Of a stretch of 64,000 nucleotides of DNA, positions 1-7,762 are shown one piece after another. The position numbers were made by a program, and so were the translations under genes. The first letter of the stretch is position 1. The number at the start of each line of letters is the position of its first letter. The notes under the pieces were generated by a model that ran no database searches, was not told where the DNA came from, and was given only the letters and a program-made list of their open reading frames with translations. Source of the DNA: a virus (lineage: Duplodnaviria > Caudoviricetes); the IMG/VR virus record IMGVR_UViG_3300028797_000161, positions 5,384-69,383 of that record, one strand, 5' to 3'.

Positions 1-1
1 A

Positions 2-934
2 GCCGAGTATCTGATGCATTTCGGCATTAAGGGACAGAAACACGGTATTCGCCGTTGGCAGAACGAAGACGGCAGTCTTACCCCTGAAGGATACATACAC
101 TATGGTGTCGGACAGGGAAATAAAGCCCAGGCAAAAGCCGACAAATACCAGGCAAAGGCAGATAAAACTCAGCTTAAAGCAGATAAATATAGGGTTAAAG
201 CCGATAAATATGCTAAGAAAGCTGAGAAAAATGAAGAACGTGGAAAGGCTGAAATCGAGAAAGATAAGGAAACTTATAATAAGGATCTTAAAGATTACAA
301 AGATCAGGAACTCGATAGTCGTATAGAAAAATACGATGGTCTTAGTAAGGAAGATCAGGCATCTCTTCGAAAAGAAGTTAATGATCAACTCAACGGGTTT
401 TATGAAAAAGCCGCAACCAACACATTAACCAATGAAGAGAGAGGTCGGATGAAAACATTGTTCGATTTCGCATATGCGGCTGATATGAAAGAAGCCTCGG
501 ACAAATATTCAAAGGCAGATAATGACGAGAAAAAAGAAGCATTCTTGAAAGATGCATTCTTCGGAGGTCAAACATCTTCGGAATATATGTTCATGCGTCA
601 TCAGATTATAGACAATAGCGGAGATATCATGACGGGTCATTCTAAAACTGAAGCAAATAAACAAGCTGCTGAGGAGTATGACGCCGCTCAGAATGAATTT
701 TGGTCTGCATGGAATCGGATTCAAGATCAGGCTAAAAAGGAGCATCCGCTTAGCTATAAAAATCAGCAGAAACGAAAATCTGAGTTGCAAAAAGAAGATC
801 AGCCTTATCAAGATGCTAAACAGAAACTGGATACCTCTTTCGAAAAGTATTGTGCCACGGTTCTTAAGGATCTTGGCTTGCCAGTGAACGAAAAAACCCT
901 CGAATACATTGAATCTGTTATCATGTATGATTAA
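2..934 (+). CDS. Putative virion/head-associated protein with N-terminal YLMHFGIKGQKHGIRRWQNEDGSLT motif; probably 5'-truncated by the window edge
   Basis: Frame is open from position 2. The H[YF]GIKGQKxGxRR...DGSLT motif is one I recognise from proteins encoded near terminase/portal genes of this phage type. The rest is charged and helical. Confidence 0.6.
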   Translation, partial: AEYLMHFGIKGQKHGIRRWQNEDGSLTPEGYIHYGVGQGNKAQAKADKYQAKADKTQLKADKYRVKADKYAKKAEKNEERGKAEIEKDKETYNKDLKDYKDQELDSRIEKYDGLSKEDQASLRKEVNDQLNGFYEKAATNTLTNEERGRMKTLFDFAYAADMKEASDKYSKADNDEKKEAFLKDAFFGGQTSSEYMFMRHQIIDNSGDIMTGHSKTEANKQAAEEYDAAQNEFWSAWNRIQDQAKKEHPLSYKNQQKRKSELQKEDQPYQDAKQKLDTSFEKYCATVLKDLGLPVNEKTLEYIESVIMYD

Positions 935-972
935 CTTTTCTCTCTAAAACCGAATAAACGGAGGAGTTCAAC

Positions 973-2340
973 ATGGGATTTTTGGACCGAGTGCGGAATG
1001 CATGGAATCTGTTCAAAAATAGAGACCCTACGTGGACAGTAGGGCCCGGGTCTGGACTTCGTCCGGATCGAATGCGTTTCAGTCGTGGTAATGAACGAAG
1101 TATTATTACTTCCGTGTTTAATAAAATCGCGATCGACGTTGCGTCCGTTCCCATTCATCACGTGAAGGTTGATGATCAGGATAGATTCTCTGAGATTGTA
1201 AAAGACGATCTTGATTCTGTTCTGAACATTGAAGCCAACATTGATCAGACCGGCCGCGCCTTTATTCAGGATGCGGTACAGAGTATGTTTGATGAGGGTG
1301 CAGTCGCTCTTGTCCCTGTCGACACTGATGACGAACCTAATGGTCCTGGTAGCTTTGATATTTACTCAATTCGAACTGCGAGAATCGATAAGTGGTTCCC
1401 AGAACAAATTCGAGTAAATATTTACAATGATCAAACGGGCGAACATGAGGATAAGATCGTCAACAAACTTGACGTCGCCATCATTGAAAACCCCATGTAT
1501 GCTGTAATGAATGAGCCAAACTCGACCATGCAACGTCTTGCCAGAAAACTGGCACTTTTGGATGTTGTTGACGAGCAGGCTTCAAGCGGTCGTCTGGACA
1601 TGATTATTCAGCTCCCCTATGTCATCAAGACCGAAGCAAGACGTCAGCAGGCTGAAATTCGTAGACAAGATATCGCCAAACAGTTAGCGCAAGGCCCTTA
1701 TGGGATCGCTTATACTGACGGTACCGAAAAGGTCATTCAGTTGAATCGTCCGGTTGAGAATAACCTGATGAAGCAGATTGAATATCTTACTAACCTGTTG
1801 TTCAGCCAAATTGGCATCACTCAGGCGATTATGGATGGTTCTGCTGAACCTAAAGTCCTGCAGAATTATTATGTCAGGATTGTTGAGCCCATCCTCAGCG
1901 CTTTTGTCGATGAAATGAAACGCAAGTTCCTGACAAAGACGGCCCGTACTCAAGGGCATAGTCTGATGTTCTTCCGTGATCCGTTTAAACTTATCCCATC
2001 GAGCGAGCTCGCTGATATTGCGGATAAGATGGTTCGTAACCAGATCATGAGCCCCAATGAAATGAGACAGAAAATCGGCCTTAAGCCGAGCACTGATCCT
2101 CGGGCTGATGAACTGCGTAATCCGAATATTTCCGAACCTGCTGGTGAAGCAGAGGAAGAATACAAGGAATACAAAGAACCGATGGCGGCTTCCGCCATTA
2201 AATCTGTTGGCGGATGCGGAAAACCATTGCCTGGAAATCAGACGAATAACTCTCCCCTGCCGAGATTCTCGAGAGAAGATTCGCCGTCCGGCAAGAAAAA
2301 GAAGAGCGGGATCAAAACACCGCGAGGACCGACCGGGTAA
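973..2340 (+). CDS. Portal protein (HK97-like)
   Basis: 455 aa, RBS GGAG upstream, located before the protease/capsid gene. Portal-like segments SVFNKIAIDVAS, LNIEANIDQTGRAF and IMSPNEMRQKIGLKP. Confidence 0.88.
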   Translation: MGFLDRVRNAWNLFKNRDPTWTVGPGSGLRPDRMRFSRGNERSIITSVFNKIAIDVASVPIHHVKVDDQDRFSEIVKDDLDSVLNIEANIDQTGRAFIQDAVQSMFDEGAVALVPVDTDDEPNGPGSFDIYSIRTARIDKWFPEQIRVNIYNDQTGEHEDKIVNKLDVAIIENPMYAVMNEPNSTMQRLARKLALLDVVDEQASSGRLDMIIQLPYVIKTEARRQQAEIRRQDIAKQLAQGPYGIAYTDGTEKVIQLNRPVENNLMKQIEYLTNLLFSQIGITQAIMDGSAEPKVLQNYYVRIVEPILSAFVDEMKRKFLTKTARTQGHSLMFFRDPFKLIPSSELADIADKMVRNQIMSPNEMRQKIGLKPSTDPRADELRNPNISEPAGEAEEEYKEYKEPMAASAIKSVGGCGKPLPGNQTNNSPLPRFSREDSPSGKKKKSGIKTPRGPTG

Positions 2341-2380
2341 TAACCCGGTTTTCAATTTTTTGGGAGAGGAGTAACTGCTT

Positions 2381-4408
2381 ATGCCATGGGATTTCCAAGG
2401 GTATGCCACACGAAACGGCATAAAGTGTTCTGATGGTCGAACCATCATGCAGGATGCGTTCAAAGATCAGGATGGAACTGAAGTGCCTCTGGTGTGGAAT
2501 CACCAACACAATAGTCCGGAAAACATTCTGGGCAAGGCCAAACTTGAAAATCGTAAAGACGGCGTATTCGTTTATGCTGAATTTAACGACACTGAGAATG
2601 GCCAACGCGCTAAGAAGCTTGTCCGTCATAAGGACATCACAGCTCTTAGTATCTATGCGAACAGGCTCAAGGAGCATGCCGGTCAAGTACTTCACGGCGT
2701 TATTCGCGAAGTAAGTCTGGTGCTTGCCGGTGCTAATCCTGGAGCTTTGATCGACTCCTATGTCGCGCACGGCGATGGGAGTGTGGTTGAAGATCGGACT
2801 CAGGGCCAATTCTATTCTGGTATGGAGTTCGAGCTTTGTCATGCTGAGGAAGAGGAACCTGAAGAGAAAAACGACCAGGAACCTACCGATGAAGATAAAG
2901 CCAGAATGGACCGTATCGCTAAGATTATGGCCCGTAGAGAACAGTCCGGTAAAACCGAAGACGAAGACGACAAGGAAAAACCCAGCGAAGATGACGAGGA
3001 GAAAGAAGAAAAGGATGAAGTTTCTCATTCTGAGTCCGATGACTCTGACACCAATGAAGATGGTGAAGATGACGAGGATAATACTGAAGACGAAACGGAT
3101 GATGTTTCACATGCTGACTCCGATGACTCTGACGGTGGCGGGAAGACTGTCGGCGACGTTCTGAAAACATTTACTGAAGAACAAAAAGTGGTCGTTGCAG
3201 CCATGATCGATGATGCTGTAGAAGAAGCGACTGCAAAAGCCAAAGAAAATAAGGAGGATTCCACTATGCAGCATAATCTGTTTGACAAAGGAACAGAGAA
3301 AGAAACCAATGTCCTGACCCATAGTGATGAGATGAAAATTCTGTCCATGGCCAAGGATTCCAGCATCGGCAGCCTGAAGGCCGCTATTGACGCGTTCTGC
3401 AAAGATGAAGCTCTGGCTCATGGCTTTGACAGCGAGAGCCTGACTCTGCTGTTCCCCGAATACAAAGATCTGAAGCCCGGCGCTCCGGAAATGCTGACCA
3501 CAGACCAGGGCTGGATCACCAAAGTCCTGGCTAAGATCAACAAGATCCCGATCTCCAAGGTTCGTGTTCGGTTCACTGATATTCGTGATATCGAGAACAT
3601 CCGTGCCAAGGGATACACCAAGGGTGCGCAGAAGACTCTGCCCGGTGACATTTCTGCTATCTATCGTGTCGCTGATCCTCAGACTGTGTACGTTCGCAGC
3701 GATCTGGATCGTGATGACATCATCGATATGGTCGACTTCGACTATGTCGCCTACATGTACAACATCGACCGTATGGTTCTGAATGAGGAACTGGCCACGG
3801 CTGCTATGCTGGGTGATGGTCGTGAACCTGGTACCCAGTACAAGATCAAGGAAGACAAGATCATTCCGGTCTGGACTGATGATGAACTGTTCACTATTCA
3901 CCGCCTGGTTGACTTCGACACTGTCGCGGCCGAACTGCAGGGCTCCAATACCACTGGATATTTCGGCGAGAACTTCATCTATGCCGAGACCTTCGTTCAG
4001 GAACTGCTGTATGCCCGTGAGACTGCTAAGAATGTCGGCAATGGCGACCTGTACATCACCCCCCATGTCCTGAACAAGATGCTGCTGGCCCGTGACAGGA
4101 ATGGCCGTCGGATCTATAACACTGTGGAAGAACTTCGCAGTGCCCTGAATGTCCGCGAAATTATCACCTGCGAGCAGTTCGAAGGCAAGACTCGTACCGT
4201 CGGCAACAAGGAACGCGAACTGCTGGGCATCCTGTACAAGTTCGAGAACTATGATTTCGGTGCTAATAAGGGCGGCCAGATTACTCACTTCACCGACTTC
4301 GACATCAACTTTAACAAGGAGCAGAGCCTGCTGGAAACTCGTATTTCCGGTATGAATACTCGCCCGCTGAGCGCTGTCGTGCTCGAATGTGAGGTCACAA
4401 ACCCTTAA
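2381..4408 (+). CDS. Prohead protease + acidic scaffold-like linker + major capsid protein fusion
   Basis: N-terminus DFQGYATRNG..VPLVWNHQH..SIY..REVSLV resembles the HK97 protease. D/E-rich linker follows. C-terminal ~380 aa is capsid-like with strongly biased codon usage. Confidence 0.88.
   Translation: MPWDFQGYATRNGIKCSDGRTIMQDAFKDQDGTEVPLVWNHQHNSPENILGKAKLENRKDGVFVYAEFNDTENGQRAKKLVRHKDITALSIYANRLKEHAGQVLHGVIREVSLVLAGANPGALIDSYVAHGDGSVVEDRTQGQFYSGMEFELCHAEEEEPEEKNDQEPTDEDKARMDRIAKIMARREQSGKTEDEDDKEKPSEDDEEKEEKDEVSHSESDDSDTNEDGEDDEDNTEDETDDVSHADSDDSDGGGKTVGDVLKTFTEEQKVVVAAMIDDAVEEATAKAKENKEDSTMQHNLFDKGTEKETNVLTHSDEMKILSMAKDSSIGSLKAAIDAFCKDEALAHGFDSESLTLLFPEYKDLKPGAPEMLTTDQGWITKVLAKINKIPISKVRVRFTDIRDIENIRAKGYTKGAQKTLPGDISAIYRVADPQTVYVRSDLDRDDIIDMVDFDYVAYMYNIDRMVLNEELATAAMLGDGREPGTQYKIKEDKIIPVWTDDELFTIHRLVDFDTVAAELQGSNTTGYFGENFIYAETFVQELLYARETAKNVGNGDLYITPHVLNKMLLARDRNGRRIYNTVEELRSALNVREIITCEQFEGKTRTVGNKERELLGILYKFENYDFGANKGGQITHFTDFDINFNKEQSLLETRISGMNTRPLSAVVLECEVTNP
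3266..4408 (+). CDS. Major capsid protein from an internal in-frame start (380 aa, MQHNLFDK...)
   Basis: AAGGAGG at 3251-3257, 8 nt before an in-frame ATG at 3266. Codon bias shifts to C-ending codons downstream. Confidence 0.7.
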   Translation: MQHNLFDKGTEKETNVLTHSDEMKILSMAKDSSIGSLKAAIDAFCKDEALAHGFDSESLTLLFPEYKDLKPGAPEMLTTDQGWITKVLAKINKIPISKVRVRFTDIRDIENIRAKGYTKGAQKTLPGDISAIYRVADPQTVYVRSDLDRDDIIDMVDFDYVAYMYNIDRMVLNEELATAAMLGDGREPGTQYKIKEDKIIPVWTDDELFTIHRLVDFDTVAAELQGSNTTGYFGENFIYAETFVQELLYARETAKNVGNGDLYITPHVLNKMLLARDRNGRRIYNTVEELRSALNVREIITCEQFEGKTRTVGNKERELLGILYKFENYDFGANKGGQITHFTDFDINFNKEQSLLETRISGMNTRPLSAVVLECEVTNP

Positions 4409-4794
4409 AGAGCCTGTCGGTCGACGCTGACATTCCGGCAGGCACAGATCTTCTGGGCAAGTCAGTAACTGATCTCCAGTCCAATATCACCTTCGGTAAT
4501 ACTGCTATTCGCGGTGAACTGAAGCATGTTACCGATTATACCGGCTTCAGTGGAAATCCTGATGAACAGGTCGGCAACTATCTGGCTCTGCACTTCGAAT
4601 GCGAAGCTGCTGATTCCATCGTAGTTGAACTGGTCGGTGGTAAGTCTGGTCCCGTAACGCTTGATCCCGACGGTCTCCATATCATGAAGATCGCAAAGAA
4701 CACGCAGCAGGTCCGTGTCACGGCAAATGCCGACGGTTATGAGTCTGTAACCAAGACTTATACTCTGACCGGCCTGAAACTGGACAAGGAGTAA
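4402..4794 (+). CDS. Capsid C-terminal extension (~130 aa, beta-rich decoration/Ig-like domain) reached by -1 programmed frameshift
   Basis: The -1 frame is open from 4393 to 4794 (PLKSLSVDADIPAGTDLLGKSVTDLQ...TGLKLDKE) with no ATG/GTG/TTG for ~94 codons. Slippery heptamer A AAC CCT (4399-4405) lies immediately before the TAA stop. Confidence 0.8.
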   Translation, partial: PLKSLSVDADIPAGTDLLGKSVTDLQSNITFGNTAIRGELKHVTDYTGFSGNPDEQVGNYLALHFECEAADSIVVELVGGKSGPVTLDPDGLHIMKIAKNTQQVRVTANADGYESVTKTYTLTGLKLDKE

Positions 4795-4807
4795 TCGTCA
4801 CTCCAAA

Positions 4808-4864
4808 ATTGGAAGGGTGTATTAATTTGGGTCTGTGAACCTAATATGCGCCCTTCCAATCTTT
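4808..4864 (+). terminator. Long hairpin after the capsid gene (terminator or processing element)
   Basis: ATTGGAAGGG (4808-4817) pairs with CCCTTCCAAT (4851-4860), with further inner pairing; the U-tail is weak. Confidence 0.55.
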
Positions 4865-4885
4865 CAAAGAAATGAGGAGATCAAA

Positions 4886-5206
4886 ATGGCAAGGTATAGT
4901 GGCGACGTTGGCTTTATTGAAAACGTAAAAACCGGGCCTGGTAAATGGACTCCACAAACAACTGAGAATCATTATTATGGTGATGTCACCCGGGCTGTCC
5001 GGAAACTCGTTGATGGACAGGACGTTAACCATAATATCGTGATCGATAATGTGATCAGTATTGTTGCAGACCCATATGCCCGAGAGCACTACTTTGCTAT
5101 TCGATATGCATGGTATCAAGGGGCCAAGTGGGAAGTTTCGAGTGTCGAAGTCCTTTACCCCCGACTCATTCTAACATTAGGGGGGCTGTATAATGGGGAC
5201 ACGTGA
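4886..5206 (+). CDS. Head-tail adaptor / head closure protein
   Basis: RBS GAGGAG, ATG 4886 (MARYSGDVGF). Position after the capsid gene; beta-rich, with KWEVSSVEVLYPRLILTLGG. Confidence 0.7.
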   Translation: MARYSGDVGFIENVKTGPGKWTPQTTENHYYGDVTRAVRKLVDGQDVNHNIVIDNVISIVADPYAREHYFAIRYAWYQGAKWEVSSVEVLYPRLILTLGGLYNGDT

Positions 5207-5498
5207 AGAACTGGATGCATGTCTTTGTGCACTATTAGATAGTGAAAACGTGTATTTTCAACCTCCGGAGAACCTACAAATACATTACCCCTGCATAATT
5301 TATCAGCTTGATGATTTTTACGAACCGAAAGCTGATAATTCGGATTATCATCGGACTCGACGTTATAGACTAACCTATATTACTCATGACCCTGATGATC
5401 CAAATATCGAAAGGATCTCTGATCTTCCCTTTTGCAAGATGAATAAGCCTTACACGGCTGAAAATTTGCATCACTATCCGTATACTATTTATTATTAA
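5193..5498 (+). CDS. Tail terminator / tail completion protein
   Basis: 101 aa immediately before the major tail protein; VYFQPP..YPCIIY motif. Confidence 0.65.
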   Translation: MGTREELDACLCALLDSENVYFQPPENLQIHYPCIIYQLDDFYEPKADNSDYHRTRRYRLTYITHDPDDPNIERISDLPFCKMNKPYTAENLHHYPYTIYY

Positions 5499-5513
5499 AA
5501 GGAGGACATAACT

Positions 5514-6200
5514 ATGGGCGCAACTGCTGGTGCTCTGAGCTGGGATGGCGTTGGTCAGAAAGTCTACGAACGCGGTGTCAGCAAAGGTGTTCTGTATCTG
5601 TATAATTCCACCACCCATAAATGGGAAGGTGTGGCCTGGAATGGTCTGACCAATGCGACTGATAGCCCTGAAGGCGGCGATGCTGAGGACTTCTACGCGG
5701 ATAACAGCATTTATGCTTCCATCCGTGGCATCGAGAAGCTGAACGGATCCATTGAAGCTTTCACCTATCCTGATGAGTTCATGGCCTGTATCGGTAAGGT
5801 TGCTATTGCCAATGGTATTACCATTGGTCAGCAGAACCGGGTTCCGTTCTGTTTCTGCTATCGTACCGAAATCGGTAATGACCTGAATCCGAATGCTGGC
5901 TACAAGCTGCATTTGATCTACAATGCTACGGCTAATGCTTCTGAGATGAGTCACGATACGGATGAAGATTCTCCGAATCTGGAGCCTCTCTCCTTCGATT
6001 ATTCCTGCACGCCGGTTCCGGTTGAGGGACATAAACCGACCAGCTGTCTGGAAATCGACAGTACGAAGACTGCCGAAGGCAAGATGACGATTCTGGAGAA
6101 TGCTCTGTATGGTACTGCCGCTGTAACCGGTACCAATGCTCATGACGCAACGGTTCCGTATATGCCGCTGCCGGGCGATGTGCTGACTCTGATCGCGTAA
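5514..6200 (+). CDS. Major tail (tube) protein
   Basis: RBS AGGAGG. LSWDGVGQKVYERGVSKGVLY..GVAWNGLT..FYADN..EAFTYPDEF matches siphovirus tube proteins. Confidence 0.88.
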   Translation: MGATAGALSWDGVGQKVYERGVSKGVLYLYNSTTHKWEGVAWNGLTNATDSPEGGDAEDFYADNSIYASIRGIEKLNGSIEAFTYPDEFMACIGKVAIANGITIGQQNRVPFCFCYRTEIGNDLNPNAGYKLHLIYNATANASEMSHDTDEDSPNLEPLSFDYSCTPVPVEGHKPTSCLEIDSTKTAEGKMTILENALYGTAAVTGTNAHDATVPYMPLPGDVLTLIA

Positions 6201-6205
6201 AAAAT

Positions 6206-6304
6206 TCCCATTCTTCTCGCATCTGCATTTGTATCCACACCCCATACAAACGCGGCGATGGGATATTAGGAGCCGGAAAGAGAGAAGATAACGGCTTTTT
6301 TTTT
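6206..6304 (+). terminator. Long hairpin followed by a Rho-independent terminator
   Basis: TCCCAT/ATGGGA, TCGC/GCGA and TTTGTAT/ATACAAA form one hairpin (6206-6263). AGCCG/CGGCT plus T9 follows (6271-6304). Confidence 0.7.
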
Positions 6305-6321
6305 GAAAGGAGAAAATAAAA

Positions 6322-6783
6322 ATGATTGCTAAACCTCTGACATATCATGATTATGATGAAAAAGAACACACGAAGACATTCTTTTTCAGCATCAACCAAA
6401 CTGAATTTGCATTGCTGAACAACCGGCTCCCTAATGGATTCGAGGGTTATATTACCAGACTCATGGAGGATCATGACGAAGAAAAGATTCTCGACCTTCT
6501 TATGTTGTTTATCATCGAAGGATACGGCATTCGTGAATCCAGCGATGATTTCATCAAAGAAGACGACCAGGGACGGAAACTCGGTCTTCGATTCAAGTGC
6601 TCTGAAGCCTGTGATACACTGATTGAAGAGCTGCTCACTAAGGAAAATAACATCTGGGCATTCATCATCGGTATGCTTCCTGCTAAAGTTCAGGCAAAAG
6701 TTAAGGAAGGCTTTAAGAATGGCACTTTTAAGGATGCCGATAATATTATCAGCATCAGTGACCCCATTACTGATAATACTTGA
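6322..6783 (+). CDS. Tail assembly chaperone 1
   Basis: Position between the major tail protein and tape measure genes; RBS GAAAGGAG. Confidence 0.65.
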   Translation: MIAKPLTYHDYDEKEHTKTFFFSINQTEFALLNNRLPNGFEGYITRLMEDHDEEKILDLLMLFIIEGYGIRESSDDFIKEDDQGRKLGLRFKCSEACDTLIEELLTKENNIWAFIIGMLPAKVQAKVKEGFKNGTFKDADNIISISDPITDNT

Positions 6784-6804
6784 TAAAGATGAGGGAGTGG
6801 ATTT

Positions 6805-7350
6805 ATGCTTCAGATAACCATTCCCGGTGGTACGATCTTCAATGAGAGAACTAATAAGTTTAAGACGGTTGAGGGTCAAACCATTGAACTTGAGCATAGT
6901 TTAATCTCTATCAGTAAATGGGAATCAAAATGGAAAAAACCATTCCTCAGTCAAAAACCTAAAGCTGGGGATGCGATGACGGATTATATTCGGTGTATGA
7001 CTATTACACCGAGAGTAGATCCGGATTTATATTTTTGTTTATCAGCGCAAAATCTTGAGGATATTCAAAAATATATGGACGATTCTTATAGTGCAACAGT
7101 GTTTCGGGGCGAAAATGATAAATCTAAAGGCACTACTCCTAAACCCCAGACTTCTGAGAAAATATATGCTCGAATGATAAATTTAGGAATACCTTTAGAA
7201 TGTCAGAAATGGCATTTAAATCGACTATTAACCCTGATACACATGTGTGAATTGACACAAAACGGACAAAAGATGAGTCGTAAAGATTCAGCCAAATATG
7301 CAGCACAATTAAATGCCATGCGTAAAGCTAAATACCATACTCGTGGATAA
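6805..7350 (+). CDS. Tail assembly chaperone 2
   Basis: Own RBS GAGGGAG. LEHSLISISKWESKWKKPFL and CQKWHLNRLLTLI segments are typical of this position. Confidence 0.6.
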   Translation: MLQITIPGGTIFNERTNKFKTVEGQTIELEHSLISISKWESKWKKPFLSQKPKAGDAMTDYIRCMTITPRVDPDLYFCLSAQNLEDIQKYMDDSYSATVFRGENDKSKGTTPKPQTSEKIYARMINLGIPLECQKWHLNRLLTLIHMCELTQNGQKMSRKDSAKYAAQLNAMRKAKYHTRG

Positions 7351-7369
7351 AGAAAGGCGGTATGCTTTT

Positions 7370-7762
7370 ATGAGCAAAGCCTCCCCAATTATTGTGAAGC
7401 ATAAAGGCGACTTCAAGAAAACAGAAGCTTTTTTTAAACGTAATAGACATAAAAGGCTTATAGCGGTTCTTAACAGTCTAGGACAAAGGGGAGTAGAAGC
7501 ATTGGCTTCTGCAACCCCTGTCCGGACTGGCAAAACTGCTGCTAGCTGGAGTTACGAAGTTATTGAAAGTAATGATCGAATAGCCATTTCTTGGAATAAT
7601 AGCAACACCACAAAAGATGGCGATAATATTGTGGTTTTACTCGTTCGCGGTCATGGCACTCGCAATGGGTATTATGTTCGCGGAAATGATTTTGTAACCC
7701 CAGCTATAGAACCAATATTTAAAGAAATCGCTGATGAGGCATGGGCGGAGGTGAGGAAATAG
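7370..7762 (+). CDS. HK97 gp10-like neck/tail component
   Basis: ALASATPVRTGKTAASW and GHGTRNGYYVRGNDFVTPA resemble the gp10 family. Confidence 0.7.
   Translation: MSKASPIIVKHKGDFKKTEAFFKRNRHKRLIAVLNSLGQRGVEALASATPVRTGKTAASWSYEVIESNDRIAISWNNSNTTKDGDNIVVLLVRGHGTRNGYYVRGNDFVTPAIEPIFKEIADEAWAEVRK

Noticed and set aside
3107-4288. 393-aa minus-strand ORF, and other long antisense ORFs (for example 1684-2463, 5370-6245, 10413-11591, 19196-20137, 44292-45245)
   Set aside because: Shadows of strongly codon-biased + strand genes; no RBS and no recognisable motifs.
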